From Candidatus Latescibacterota bacterium (lineage in GTDB: Bacteria > Latescibacterota > UBA2968 > GCA-2709665): 64,000 nucleotides of DNA. Positions 29,820-39,835 of the stretch are shown one piece after another (within the stretch, counting starts at the first letter, position 1; the number at the start of each line of letters is the position of its first letter). The notes under the pieces were generated by a model. It did no database searches and was not told the origin of the DNA. It was given only the letters and a program-made list of their open reading frames with translations. The stretch covers positions 1,760,001-1,824,000 of the forward strand of contig OZ220733.1 of NCBI GenBank assembly GCA_965116875.1, written 5' to 3'. The translations under genes and the position numbers were made by a program.

Positions 29820-30290
29820 GTTCGGCTTCGCTATGCCCGGCTGCGACCGAAGCTGTCAACCCATCGAAGCGTGCGCGCAGGGAAGCTTAGTGCGGGCATT
29901 TCGACAAGCTCAATGACCACGCGTCGACATGCGATTTTGACTCCGCTCTGAATGACACGCCGGCCGATAGCCGAGCACGATGCTTCCCGCTGTCGTCCTG
30001 AGGACTTGCCCTGCTTGTGCTGCTTGCACTGAGCCTGTCGAAGTGGCTCGTCGAAGCAAGCCTGTCGAAGGGGCCTGGATGAGGGTGGGGCGGACATTCC
30101 TGTCTGCCTGCATGTCGACGAAGCGTCCGCGCACGAGTTTGTCTACAAGAGCCATATGCTACACGTACGAGCCAGAAGACGGGAGATTCTTCGCTCCGCT
30201 ACGAATGACACGACTTGCAATAACCATTGGCGAAATGTATCGGTCAGATCTTCGCTCCGCTCTGAATGACATGACGTTCGATCGCCATCG
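29820..30290. repeat. Mosaic REP-like repeat block 7 (empty IS target core at 30177-30178)
   Basis: Same modules in a different order. Confidence 0.88.
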
Positions 30291-30367
30291 TTGATATGTA
30301 TCTGTCTCTCGTCGGCTTAGACTAAAATGGTGTGGGAGCCAAAGGGCTGACGAGGGGTCGCCCGCTC

Positions 30368-32833
30368 TTACTCATACCGCAGCGCGTCCACGGGATTCGC
30401 GCGGGCTGCCCGGGTGACCTGAAGGCTCACCGCCAGGAGCACCATGAGAAGCATGAGCCCGCCTCCCAGCAGAAACGTCCCGAGCCCCGGTTCCACGCGA
30501 TACGCAAAGTCTCGCAGCCAGCGCTCGGCCACGAAGTAGGTCGCTGGCCATGCGATCAGAGCGGCGATGCCGACGAGGACCACGTATTCCCTGGTCAGCA
30601 GAGACACGATCCGCGACGTCGGCGCGCCAAGGGTCTTCCGGATCCCGATTTCCTTGGTCCGCCTGGCCACAGTGAGCGACGTCAATCCGAAGGCGCCCAG
30701 GCAGGCGATGAATACCGCGAAAAGAGTCGCGTAACCCGCGATTCTGAACCACCGCTGTTCCTCACGGTATTGACGATCTATTTCCTCATCCAGGAAGTTA
30801 TGGTCAAACGGAACATTCGGTACGACTTCATCCCACTTCTCTCTCAGGAAATCCAGCGTGTCAAAGACGTTCTCCGGACGAATCCGAACCATCAGCAGGA
30901 CCCGGAAGTCCGGCATGGACCTGGCGGATGACGAGGACGCCTGCAATTTCAGCACCGCGGGCCCAATGGTGTGGTGAAGGGACCGGAAATGAAAATCACG
31001 GACGACGCCGATTACCGTTAATTCCTGCCCATCGATTCGAATCGTCTCACCGAGCGGTGATTCCCATCCGAGTCTCTTGGCGAGGGTTTCGTTGACAAGG
31101 ACCGACGTCTTCGCATCGTTTTCCCGTTCGAGATTCCTCCCGTCAGTTAGCCTGATGTTCATTGTTTCGAGAAGTCGCGAATCGCAGAAAATCCTTTCAA
31201 CACCTGCCAAAGTCGTCCCCTTCCAGCTTATGTGAGTATTGTTCCTCATAGAATTGCTAAGACCGTGTGATGTTCTCGTGGATTTCAATACGGAATGGTG
31301 TGGCCGGATTGCTTCCTCGAAGACATTAGCCAATTCCAATCTATCTGATATCCCTAATAGTCGAATGACGACAACATGGCTGGATTCGAAACCAAGCGGC
31401 ATTGATTTCCACGCGCTCATTTGTATTGATGCTATGGTCATGGCTGTCACCAGTGCTGTGGAGATGGCCAGTTGAAATACAAGGAGCGCGCGGCTGAAGG
31501 TCCCCACGCGATCCACCTTGAACCGACCTCTCAACGCATCGACCGGGAAAAAGCCCGACATGAACAACGCAGGGTAACCCCCGGCGAATACTCCCACGAC
31601 CAGCGCCATGACGAACAGAAACACGAGTGACTCAGAATTTCCAAGATCGGACAACGCGAATTTCCTGCTGACCAGGCTGTTGAAACCCGGCATGAACAGT
31701 TCGGCCAGTGCCACCCCGAGCGCGAACGCGATCAACGTCAGCAGGACCGATTCCGCGAGAAACTGCCTCACCAGTTGCGTACGCAGGCCCCCGGCCACCT
31801 TACGCATTCCGACTTCCCGGACACGGGAAAACGACCGGCCGACAGACAGATTCGTATAATTGACTCCCGCCACGACCAGCACGAGTAATGCAATGCCTCC
31901 CAGAAGATGTGAATGGACAGGATTGCCATCGGGGCGCGGTCCCATGCGCCTGCCATCAAAATAAATCTCTCCAAGCGGCTGCAACATCAGCTTACTCAGG
32001 TATCGGCTCCTGGTTTCTGATACCTGAAGATCTTCAATGCGGCGTTCGACTTCCAGTGGGCTCAGATAATCAGGGAGCATAATGTAAGTGCTCACTGCAC
32101 TGACGTTCAAGCCGCGTTCTTGATTGTCCGGTTTTAATGAGGAAAGAAAGTCAAAGCGAATGGTGGAGTTCCTGGGAATGTCCCTGATCACACCGGTTAT
32201 CGTCATTTCCTGAGTCGGTCGAGCGTCTGCGAATTCGTCCTTGGATTCAGGGGGTTTGCTTTGTCGACCTATCGAAATCACGTTCAAGCCGGATGCTCCC
32301 ACGGTGAATACTGCCGCCTCGATGTCTTGAACCGAGATTGTCTTTCCAATCGGGTCCTCACCCGGGAAATACTTATCGGCCATTGTTTCAGTTATGACGA
32401 CATAGTCTGGATCCGACAATGCGGTGGCAGGGTCTCCCTTGATCAGAGGAAAGGAGAAGACGTCCAGAATCTCTGGGTCTGCAAAAAGGAAATCTGCCTT
32501 GGTCGTCTCACCAGCGCGCCCAATCACGCGTCCACCGGGATCCAATCTCACGCATTGGACATCCGGCTGAGCTTCTGACAACTTTGGTGCTAACGTGATC
32601 TCCGTCCTTTCAGACAAGTAAACCGCATCATTAACCTTTAGCTCCCTTACAATCCGGTAAATCCGATCCGCGTTTTCGTGAAACCCGTCGTACGTCCACT
32701 CGTATCGCACAAACAGGAACGCCAGCAGGCAAAATGAAATCGCGATGCCGAGGCCGACGACGTTGATCGCGGCATAGAGCGGATGCCGCAGCAGGTTTCG
32801 CCAGGCCACCTTGAGATAATTCCAGAACATCAA
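30368..32833 (-). CDS. ABC transporter permease, MacB/FtsX-type (paralog 7)
   Basis: 821 aa with a ~30-aa insert in the first periplasmic domain; ANPVDALRYE tail. Confidence 0.93.
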   Translation of the reverse strand: MMFWNYLKVAWRNLLRHPLYAAINVVGLGIAISFCLLAFLFVRYEWTYDGFHENADRIYRIVRELKVNDAVYLSERTEITLAPKLSEAQPDVQCVRLDPGGRVIGRAGETTKADFLFADPEILDVFSFPLIKGDPATALSDPDYVVITETMADKYFPGEDPIGKTISVQDIEAAVFTVGASGLNVISIGRQSKPPESKDEFADARPTQEMTITGVIRDIPRNSTIRFDFLSSLKPDNQERGLNVSAVSTYIMLPDYLSPLEVERRIEDLQVSETRSRYLSKLMLQPLGEIYFDGRRMGPRPDGNPVHSHLLGGIALLVLVVAGVNYTNLSVGRSFSRVREVGMRKVAGGLRTQLVRQFLAESVLLTLIAFALGVALAELFMPGFNSLVSRKFALSDLGNSESLVFLFVMALVVGVFAGGYPALFMSGFFPVDALRGRFKVDRVGTFSRALLVFQLAISTALVTAMTIASIQMSAWKSMPLGFESSHVVVIRLLGISDRLELANVFEEAIRPHHSVLKSTRTSHGLSNSMRNNTHISWKGTTLAGVERIFCDSRLLETMNIRLTDGRNLERENDAKTSVLVNETLAKRLGWESPLGETIRIDGQELTVIGVVRDFHFRSLHHTIGPAVLKLQASSSSARSMPDFRVLLMVRIRPENVFDTLDFLREKWDEVVPNVPFDHNFLDEEIDRQYREEQRWFRIAGYATLFAVFIACLGAFGLTSLTVARRTKEIGIRKTLGAPTSRIVSLLTREYVVLVGIAALIAWPATYFVAERWLRDFAYRVEPGLGTFLLGGGLMLLMVLLAVSLQVTRAARANPVDALRYE

Positions 32834-32864
32834 TAGACTCCTCTTGGATTGGATTCATCGATGA

Positions 32865-33055
32865 AATGTCCGCGCATATGGGTTTACCGCGCGTTGACCT
32901 CATGGACAGTCGAGAAGACGGGAGATTCTTCGCTCCACTACGAATGACATGGCTTGCAATAACCATTGGCGAAATGAACCGGCCAGATCTTCGCTCCGCT
33001 CTGAATGACATGCTGGCCGATTGCCGAACACGATGCTTCCCGCTGTCACCCTGGT
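32865..33055. repeat. Mosaic REP-like repeat block 8 (empty IS target core at 32916-32917), inside the predicted 5' leader
   Basis: CGAGAAGACGGGAGATTCTTCGCTCC...AGATCTTCGCTCCGCTCTGAATGACA. Confidence 0.85.
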
Positions 33056-33063
33056 AGAACATC

Positions 33064-33180
33064 AGCAATGGGCGTGCCATGTGGATTTCGCCCGATTTTA
33101 CAGGGATTTAGCGCTGGGTCGACGAAAACGCCGGCCTCTGAGTGTCCGATAATGATACAGTAGTGTGCGAAAATGAACAC
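33064..33180 (-). promoter_or_regulatory. Consensus sigma-54 promoter and tandem UAS facing the permease array
   Basis: Minus strand TGGCAC-GCCCA-TTGCT (33064-33079); TGTCCGATAATGATACA and TGTGCGAAAATGAACA (33143-33179). Confidence 0.82.
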
Positions 33181-33266
33181 GCGGGCGGCGCCGGTCCTCG
33201 AACCGCTTGACAGGATAAGTCTCTGTGATCATTATGGTTGTGTGTGATTTCGATCCGGGAGGTGTA

Positions 33267-33283
33267 TTGGCACGAAAAATGCG
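33267..33283 (+). promoter_or_regulatory. Possible sigma-54 promoter for the regulator operon
   Basis: TTGGCAC-GAAAA-ATGCG about 25 nt upstream of ATG 33309. Confidence 0.55.
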
Positions 33284-33308
33284 TCATAATGGACTGATAG
33301 AGGCTTCC

Positions 33309-34685
33309 ATGAAGACATTCGACAAAATCCTGATTGTGGACGACGACCGCGACGTGCTGCTGGCCGCACAACTCTTCCTCAAGCAGCACGCGGGCCGTGT
33401 GGATACCGAAGCCGATCCCGAGCGCATTCCCGAACTGCTGCAGAACGACGCATACGACGTGATCCTCCTGGATATGAACTTCGCGCAGGACGCCACGTCC
33501 GGAAGGGAAGGATTTCACTGGCTCGGCAGGATCCTGGAGATGGATCCGTCCGCCGTTGTGGTCCTGATCACGGCGTTCGGCGACGTCAATACCGCTGTGC
33601 GGGCCATACGGGAAGGCGCCACGGACTTTGTCCTCAAGCCCTGGCAGAACGAGAAACTGCTGGCCACGTTGTCGTCCGCGGCCAGGCTCCGCCGGTCGCG
33701 GCTCGACGTCTTCCGGCTGCGCTCCCGCCAGCGGCAGATCCACGCCGACCTGGACAGACAGTTTCCGGGCATCGTGGCCGTCTCTCCGGTGATGCGCGAC
33801 GTTTTCGAGACCATTCGGAAGGTCGCCGCCACCGACGCCAACGTGCTCATCCTGGGCGACAACGGAACGGGCAAAGACGCGGTCGCCCGTGCCCTTCACC
33901 GTCATTCCGGGCGCGCGGACCAGGTCTTCATCCACGTGGACCTCGGCGCCGTACCTGAGACCCTCTTCGAGAGCGAACTCTTCGGGCACAAAAAAGGCGC
34001 CTTTACAGACGCCAGGGAAGACCGTGCGGGTCGATTCGAAACGGCGTCGGGCGGGACGCTGTTTCTGGATGAGATCGGCAACCTGTCACTGCCGCTTCAG
34101 GCAAAGCTGCTCACCGTACTCGAGAAACGCACGGTCTTTCGCCTGGGCACCAACAAACCGGTCCCCATCGATATCCGGCTCGTCTGCGCCACCAATACGC
34201 CCATCCACGACCTGGCCGCGCGAAACGAATTTCGCCAGGACCTGCTCTACCGCGTCAACACCGTTGAAATCCGGCTCCCGCCGCTCCGGGAGCGCCGCGA
34301 AGACCTGCCGCTGCTCATCGGCAGTTTCCTGGACCGGTATTGCAGGAAGTACAAGAAGCCCCGCATCGGTCTGCATCCCGGCACCCTGGAAAAACTCAAG
34401 GGGTACTCCTGGCCCGGAAACGTCCGCGAACTGCAGCACGCCATCGAACGCGCGGTCATCATGAACGAAAACGGAACGATGCAGCCGTCCGACTTTCCGC
34501 TCAGTGCGCCGGAAACCACGGCGGGCGACCACATTCACTGCGAAGACTTCAACCTCGAACGCATCGAGAAGACCGCGATCCGCAAGGCCATCGAGAAGCA
34601 CGAGGGCAACATCAGCCACACGGCCCGGGAACTGGGCATTACACGCAGCGCACTTTACCGCAGGCTGGATAAATATGGTCTATAG
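33309..34685 (+). CDS. Sigma-54-dependent response regulator (REC-AAA+-Fis HTH; NtrC/AtoC family)
   Basis: [53 protein letters not shown] and C-terminal HTH. Confidence 0.95.
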   Translation: MKTFDKILIVDDDRDVLLAAQLFLKQHAGRVDTEADPERIPELLQNDAYDVILLDMNFAQDATSGREGFHWLGRILEMDPSAVVVLITAFGDVNTAVRAIREGATDFVLKPWQNEKLLATLSSAARLRRSRLDVFRLRSRQRQIHADLDRQFPGIVAVSPVMRDVFETIRKVAATDANVLILGDNGTGKDAVARALHRHSGRADQVFIHVDLGAVPETLFESELFGHKKGAFTDAREDRAGRFETASGGTLFLDEIGNLSLPLQAKLLTVLEKRTVFRLGTNKPVPIDIRLVCATNTPIHDLAARNEFRQDLLYRVNTVEIRLPPLRERREDLPLLIGSFLDRYCRKYKKPRIGLHPGTLEKLKGYSWPGNVRELQHAIERAVIMNENGTMQPSDFPLSAPETTAGDHIHCEDFNLERIEKTAIRKAIEKHEGNISHTARELGITRSALYRRLDKYGL

Positions 34686-36018
34686 ACACTTCCGGACGCT
34701 CTGCATCGTGCGGGTGGCCTTCCTCTGCGCCACCATCTGCGCCCTTGCGTACGTCCTCTTCGAAACGTCCTACTACACCACCGTCCTCATCCTGGCCGGC
34801 ATCACGCTCTACCAGGCCTATGCCCTCATTCACTACGTCGAGCGCACCAACCGGGACCTCACGCGCTTCCTGCAGGCCATCCGATACGAGGACTTCTCCC
34901 AGTCCTTCAGCGGCCGGGGACTCGGTTCCGCCTTCGACGACCTGAAAAAGGCGTTCAACGAGGTGCTGAACGCCTTCCGGAGGACGCGCGCGGAAAAGGA
35001 GGAGAACTTCCAATACCTGCAGACCGTGGTCCAGCACGTGGGCGTTGGCCTGGTCTGCTACGGGTCCGACGGCCGCATCGAGCTGATGAACACCGCCGCC
35101 CAACGCCTGCTTCGCCGGCCCCATATCCACAACGTGCGGGAACTCGAGGAGGTGAGTCAGACCCTTGCCGACACGCTTCTCACGCTGGGCCCGGGCCACC
35201 GGACCCTGGTCAAGGTCCAGGACGAGGACGAACTCCTTCAGATCATCATCCACGCCACGGAGATCCGGATGCGCGGCGAGTCGTTCATTCTGGCTTCGGT
35301 GCAGGACATCCAGAGCGAACTTGAAGAACAGGAAATGGAAGCGTGGCAGAAACTCATCCGGGTGCTCATCCACGAAATCATGAATTCGATCACGCCCATT
35401 TCGTCCCTCGCATCCACGATACGAGGCCACTTTCCCGAATCCAATCGTCCGTCCGCGCTCGATCCGCAGACCGCGGCAGACGTAAGCGCCGCGCTCGAGA
35501 CGATACAATCGCGGAGCGACGGCCTGCGACAGTTCGTGGACACCTACCGCCAGCTCACGCGGATCCCCCGGCCCGACTTCCGGATCTGTCCTGTCGCCGG
35601 GCTTTTCGACCGCGTTGCGTCCCTCATGAATCCGGAATGCGAATCCGCGGGCATCGCCCTGCGCACGCGGGTCGAACCCGGGTCCCTGGAAGTCACGGCC
35701 GATCCCAACCTCGTGGAGCAGGCGCTCATCAATCTCGTACGAAACGCGGCGGAAGCCCTGGCCGGGCGCGATCAGGCCCGCGTCGACCTCAATGCGGGCC
35801 TGGACCGAAGGGGGCGCGTGCTCATCCGCGTACGCGACAACGGCCCTGGCATCCTCGACGACGTGCAGGACCGCATCTTCATCCCCTTCTTCACGACCAG
35901 ACAGGAGGGGTCGGGCATCGGGTTATCGCTTTGCCGGCAGATCATGCGCCAGCATCGCGGCGCTATCAGCGTTCAATCCACGCCCGGTGAAGAAACCGTA
36001 TTCACCCTCCGGTTCTGA
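34675..36018 (+). CDS. Sensor histidine kinase (NtrY-like)
   Basis: Two N-terminal TMs; HEIMNSITPI H-box, NLVRNA, DNGPGI, IPFFTT and GSGIGL. Confidence 0.93.
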   Translation: MVYRHFRTLCIVRVAFLCATICALAYVLFETSYYTTVLILAGITLYQAYALIHYVERTNRDLTRFLQAIRYEDFSQSFSGRGLGSAFDDLKKAFNEVLNAFRRTRAEKEENFQYLQTVVQHVGVGLVCYGSDGRIELMNTAAQRLLRRPHIHNVRELEEVSQTLADTLLTLGPGHRTLVKVQDEDELLQIIIHATEIRMRGESFILASVQDIQSELEEQEMEAWQKLIRVLIHEIMNSITPISSLASTIRGHFPESNRPSALDPQTAADVSAALETIQSRSDGLRQFVDTYRQLTRIPRPDFRICPVAGLFDRVASLMNPECESAGIALRTRVEPGSLEVTADPNLVEQALINLVRNAAEALAGRDQARVDLNAGLDRRGRVLIRVRDNGPGILDDVQDRIFIPFFTTRQEGSGIGLSLCRQIMRQHRGAISVQSTPGEETVFTLRF

Positions 36019-36033
36019 CCCCCAGCCCGCCCG

Positions 36034-37575
36034 CTATCCCCAATCCTCCAGGATGGCCTTCGCGGCGTTGTGCCCCGGGGCGCCGGTCACCTCGCCGCCC
36101 GGGTGGGTACCCGCGCCGCAGAGATAGAGGTTGGGGACCGGCGTGGCGTAGCGCGACCATCCGCCGAGGGGGCGCTGGGCGAGGAACTGGTCCGGCACGG
36201 TGTCCAGATGTCTGATATTGCCGTCGGTAAGGCCAACCCTCTCCTCCAGATCATACGGCGTGAATAGCGACCAATCCACCAGAATCTCCCGGAGATTCGG
36301 CGCATAAATCGACAGCGTATCGATCATGCGCTCGCCCACCTCTTCGCGTCTCTCCTCCCACGTGCCGTCGCGCGGCTGCACGGGCGCGTAAAGGGCCCAG
36401 ACGGACATGACGTGGTGGCCGGGCGGCGCCATCGTGTCGTCGTAGACAGAGGGTATCTGCACTTCCAATACGGGTTCGCTCGCGGGATCCCCCCGCCTGG
36501 CCTCGTCCCAGGCGCGGACGAAGTAGTCGATGGACGGACAGATCTTGATTTCGGCCATCCAGCGCGGATCGAAACCGGATTCGCCCCTCGCGAAGTCCGG
36601 TAGGCCGGAAAGCGCCGCGTGGAACTTCAGGTAGGCCGTCCGGGTCTTCAGACGATTCGCCCTTGCAAGAAATCGTCCATCCAGCGAATCCGGCGGCAGC
36701 AGCTTCAGAAACGTCCGCTTGGGATCGGCATTGGAGACCACGATCCGGCTGCGGATCTCCGTCCCGTCGGCAAGCGTCACGCCGCAGGCCCGTCCCTCTT
36801 CCAGCAGGATTTGTTGAACTTCCGCTCCCGTCTGCAAGACCGCATCGCGAGACCGCGCGGCCCTCGCGAGCGCGTTGGCGATTCCGCCCATCCCGCCCTT
36901 GACGATGCCCACGTTCTCCGGCCGGCCGAACACGTTGCATTTGATGTACGCGTAACACCACGCGCTGCCCGGCGCCGCCGGGTCACCCACGTCCTGCGCC
37001 TGAATGAACGCGCCCTGGGCCTCATCGGACTCGAAGAACTCCGTCACGAGGTCGGTCATGCTGGTCGTGAGCAGGCGGTCCAGAAACTCTTCGTCGGGCG
37101 TGCCCTTGAGCCGCGAGGCAATCTCCCCGATCGTAGGCGGCGCCGCCAGGAAATACGGGTAGATGATTCCCGCGGCGCGTTCCCAGAAAGCCAGCCACTC
37201 GGGATAGGCCTCCGCGTCCTTTCGCGAGAACCGCGCGAGTTCGTCCTGGCTGCGTTCCAGGTCGTCCCAGAGGCGAAGCGCGGACCCGTCGGGGAAGGGC
37301 TGGTGACGGGAGGGGTCGAGATGATAGACCTCGAATCCGTGCTTCCGCAGATCCAGGTCATCGATCACCCTGTCCTGCAGCAGGTGGCAGATGTAGGAAC
37401 AGGACGAAAACCGGTACCCGGGAAAGAGTTCCTCGGTTGCGCAGGCGCCGCCCAGAAGGTCGCGGCGTTCCAGCAACAGCACGTCCATTCCAGCTTCCGC
37501 CAGGTAGGACGCCGCAACCAGCCCGTTGTGTCCGCCTCCCAGAATCACTGCATCGCAATCTACAGTGGCCATCAT
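36034..37575 (-). CDS. FAD-dependent oxidoreductase, phytoene dehydrogenase-like
   Basis: GGGHNGLVAA Rossmann motif; LYLCGAGTHPGGEVTGAPGHNAA. Confidence 0.88.
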   Translation of the reverse strand: MMATVDCDAVILGGGHNGLVAASYLAEAGMDVLLLERRDLLGGACATEELFPGYRFSSCSYICHLLQDRVIDDLDLRKHGFEVYHLDPSRHQPFPDGSALRLWDDLERSQDELARFSRKDAEAYPEWLAFWERAAGIIYPYFLAAPPTIGEIASRLKGTPDEEFLDRLLTTSMTDLVTEFFESDEAQGAFIQAQDVGDPAAPGSAWCYAYIKCNVFGRPENVGIVKGGMGGIANALARAARSRDAVLQTGAEVQQILLEEGRACGVTLADGTEIRSRIVVSNADPKRTFLKLLPPDSLDGRFLARANRLKTRTAYLKFHAALSGLPDFARGESGFDPRWMAEIKICPSIDYFVRAWDEARRGDPASEPVLEVQIPSVYDDTMAPPGHHVMSVWALYAPVQPRDGTWEERREEVGERMIDTLSIYAPNLREILVDWSLFTPYDLEERVGLTDGNIRHLDTVPDQFLAQRPLGGWSRYATPVPNLYLCGAGTHPGGEVTGAPGHNAAKAILEDWG

Positions 37576-37692
37576 TCGTTCTCCACAATATATGTTTCGC
37601 TGGTACCAGTCAGCGACAGGCTCATGGATCGGTTAATCCATGCCGGGAGAGGTGAGACGGAAGACGGAAGAGGGCCGCCCACGTCATAGCCA

Positions 37693-38010
37693 TCATCGAA
37701 CCCCCCAGCCGTTTTCCACCAACCAGTCACGGACCCTTTGACGGCAATCTCCCTGCAACTCGATCGTTTCCCCCCGAATCGTCCCTCCCGTTCCACAGGC
37801 TTCTCTCAAGGCACGCGCCAGGTCCTTCATATCTCCCTTCACCAGCACCAGACCTTCCGCCAGTGTTACGACCTTGCCCCGCTTCCTCTTCTCAAGTCGA
37901 ATCCGGATCCGCTGCTCCTCCGGCGCGCGTGAGACCAGCGGTTCCATGTCGGAGTCAGGCACGTCATCGGACACAAACGCCCATCCCTCTCCGGATACTC
38001 GCTTAATCAC
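37693..38010 (-). CDS. yciH: SUI1/YciH-family translation initiation factor
   Basis: RLEKRKRGKVVT, LREACGTGGT and IELQGD; GTG 38010 start inferred from GGGAG RBS. Confidence 0.8.
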   Translation of the reverse strand: MIKRVSGEGWAFVSDDVPDSDMEPLVSRAPEEQRIRIRLEKRKRGKVVTLAEGLVLVKGDMKDLARALREACGTGGTIRGETIELQGDCRQRVRDWLVENGWGVR

Positions 38011-38181
38011 CTGGTGTCTCCCGAAAATGGGGTACGCTGGTACAATTGTGCGGCACGTCAACCTCAATTCGAAAAAAGGCAACCGCGAAAATGGCCACAA
38101 AAGGTATCGGTGAGATTCGGCGCGTGTCGCAACGCCGTCGGCCTGAAGTATCCTGGAAATCCGAAGTTAAATCGCCTTACT

Positions 38182-39384
38182 TTACTTGCGCATTATCGAA
38201 TGAACGTCCCCGAAATCCGGCACCTCCGTCAGCGCGCCTCCGTTCATCGCGGACTGGTGCGCCACCAGCCCCGGAACCAGGTACCTCGCCGCCTGCCACA
38301 CGTTGTTGGGCGGCGTTCGGCCCGTCACGCACGCCGTCACGAAATCGTGTACGAGGAACTGGTGCGCGCCCTTGTGCCCGTTTCCCAGGCCGATGAACTC
38401 CCTCGGCAGCAGGTGTACCGGGTGCACCGGAGACGCCCCCTGGTGCGTGCCGTCGTCCCCCGTAACCGCGCCCATCGGGTCATCGGCCGGAGCGGCCGGC
38501 ACGCCTCCGCAGGACAGGTCCGAGGTCAGGTCCACGCATGTGTTCCGGTCTTTGGTGATCCACACCTGCCCTCCCACCTGCTCCTCGTATCCGGCATCCG
38601 TTCCGTACAGGCTCATCCCCACGGTGCCGGGATGTCCGATCCGCCGGAACTCGTTGAACCGCGCCATGCTTCCGTCCGACATTCTGCACAACATGGTCTG
38701 GTTGCTGAACGGGTTCTTCCAGACATTGTCCTCACGCGCATAGAGATTGTCTTCATGCCGGTCCGTGAACCCCATTCCGCTCACGTGCGTGGCGTGCGCC
38801 CCGGTGACAGACACGATCATGCTGGTCGAATGCGTGGGATAATGAAGCGGCGGGGACCCGAAAAGCTGCTTCCATTTCTCGCCATGCCGCCATTGCGCGA
38901 CCGCGTACAGTCCGTGCGAGTAATCGTGGTAATACTCCGCCTCCCCGTACACGATATGTCCGAAGTCTCCCTTCTGAAACCGGTTCCGGCAATAGATCGT
39001 ACAGGGGTAATAGTAACTCGTCTCCCCGATCATATACGTCAGGCCCGTCTCCTCGACCGCCCTGACAAGCTCCGTGATTTCATCCAGCGTCACGGCCGAC
39101 GGTACCGCCGAATACACGTGCTTGCCGCTGCGCAACGCCTGGACCGCCTGTGGTCCGTGCAGATGGTGCTGGGTAATGATCGCGATCGCGTCCACGTCGG
39201 AAATGCACAGCGCATCGAGCGACGGGGATGTGTCCGGAACGTCGAAACGCGCCGATTTCTCCGCCAGTTTCTCCGCGTCCAGGTCGCATAACACCAGGTG
39301 GTCGACGCCCGGATGCGCCTTGAACAGAGGGATGAACGAATTCGCAAATGCTCCGGTGCCGCAGATTCCGAGACGGATACCCAT
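38182..39384 (-). CDS. Gfo/Idh/MocA-family oxidoreductase
   Basis: GICGTGAF; ALRSGKHVYSAVP. Confidence 0.88.
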   Translation of the reverse strand: MGIRLGICGTGAFANSFIPLFKAHPGVDHLVLCDLDAEKLAEKSARFDVPDTSPSLDALCISDVDAIAIITQHHLHGPQAVQALRSGKHVYSAVPSAVTLDEITELVRAVEETGLTYMIGETSYYYPCTIYCRNRFQKGDFGHIVYGEAEYYHDYSHGLYAVAQWRHGEKWKQLFGSPPLHYPTHSTSMIVSVTGAHATHVSGMGFTDRHEDNLYAREDNVWKNPFSNQTMLCRMSDGSMARFNEFRRIGHPGTVGMSLYGTDAGYEEQVGGQVWITKDRNTCVDLTSDLSCGGVPAAPADDPMGAVTGDDGTHQGASPVHPVHLLPREFIGLGNGHKGAHQFLVHDFVTACVTGRTPPNNVWQAARYLVPGLVAHQSAMNGGALTEVPDFGDVHSIMRK

Positions 39385-39835
39385 CGTAGCTCCAAGAGCA
39401 GCGGTCAGCTATCAGTTGTCAGCCGTCAGCTTTCAGCCAAAACCAAAAACCGAATCAGGTGACGTGTCAGCGCTATTGCACGGCCGATCGCGAATGGCGC
39501 AGACCTCTCTCCCCGGCCCTCTCTCCTAAAGGAAAGAGGGAGAAAGGCCGGATGTCGCCTTGACGGTCACCGAAAACATCCTGATCGACGGGACAATGCA
39601 GTCCCGTCACAATCTCAAACCCAATCCATCAGCCCATCACCGTTCCCCTTTCCTTCAGGAAGGGGTCAGGGGTAGGTCCGAAACGTACAGTCGATAAGAA
39701 ATACACGTGACCGGCGAATCGCAAGCCCTAAAGCGGCCGGCGAAGGGGCACGAAGGCGGCTCTGTGCGGCATGCGCGATGATTCTTGAACCGCCATTCCC
39801 CATTTCGTAAATTGCCCCAAACGAAAGGAGACGCC

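Noticed and set aside
15518-30294. Many 60-240 aa ORFs in the repeat blocks (e.g. 23619-24140, 26909-27349, 20943-21518)
   Set aside because: They are translations of repeat modules (CHSERSEE-like strings) or antisense to permeases, with no RBS or domain signal.
18410-32833. Integron cassette array or diversity-generating retroelement
   Set aside because: No tyrosine integrase or reverse transcriptase in the window, no recognisable attC structure, and differences between paralog 3' ends do not look adenine-specific.
13680-33055. CRISPR array interpretation of the recurring ~28-nt GATTCTTCGCTCCGCTCTGAATGACA unit
   Set aside because: Spacing is irregular, the intervening sequences are themselves repeated rather than unique spacers, and there are no cas genes.
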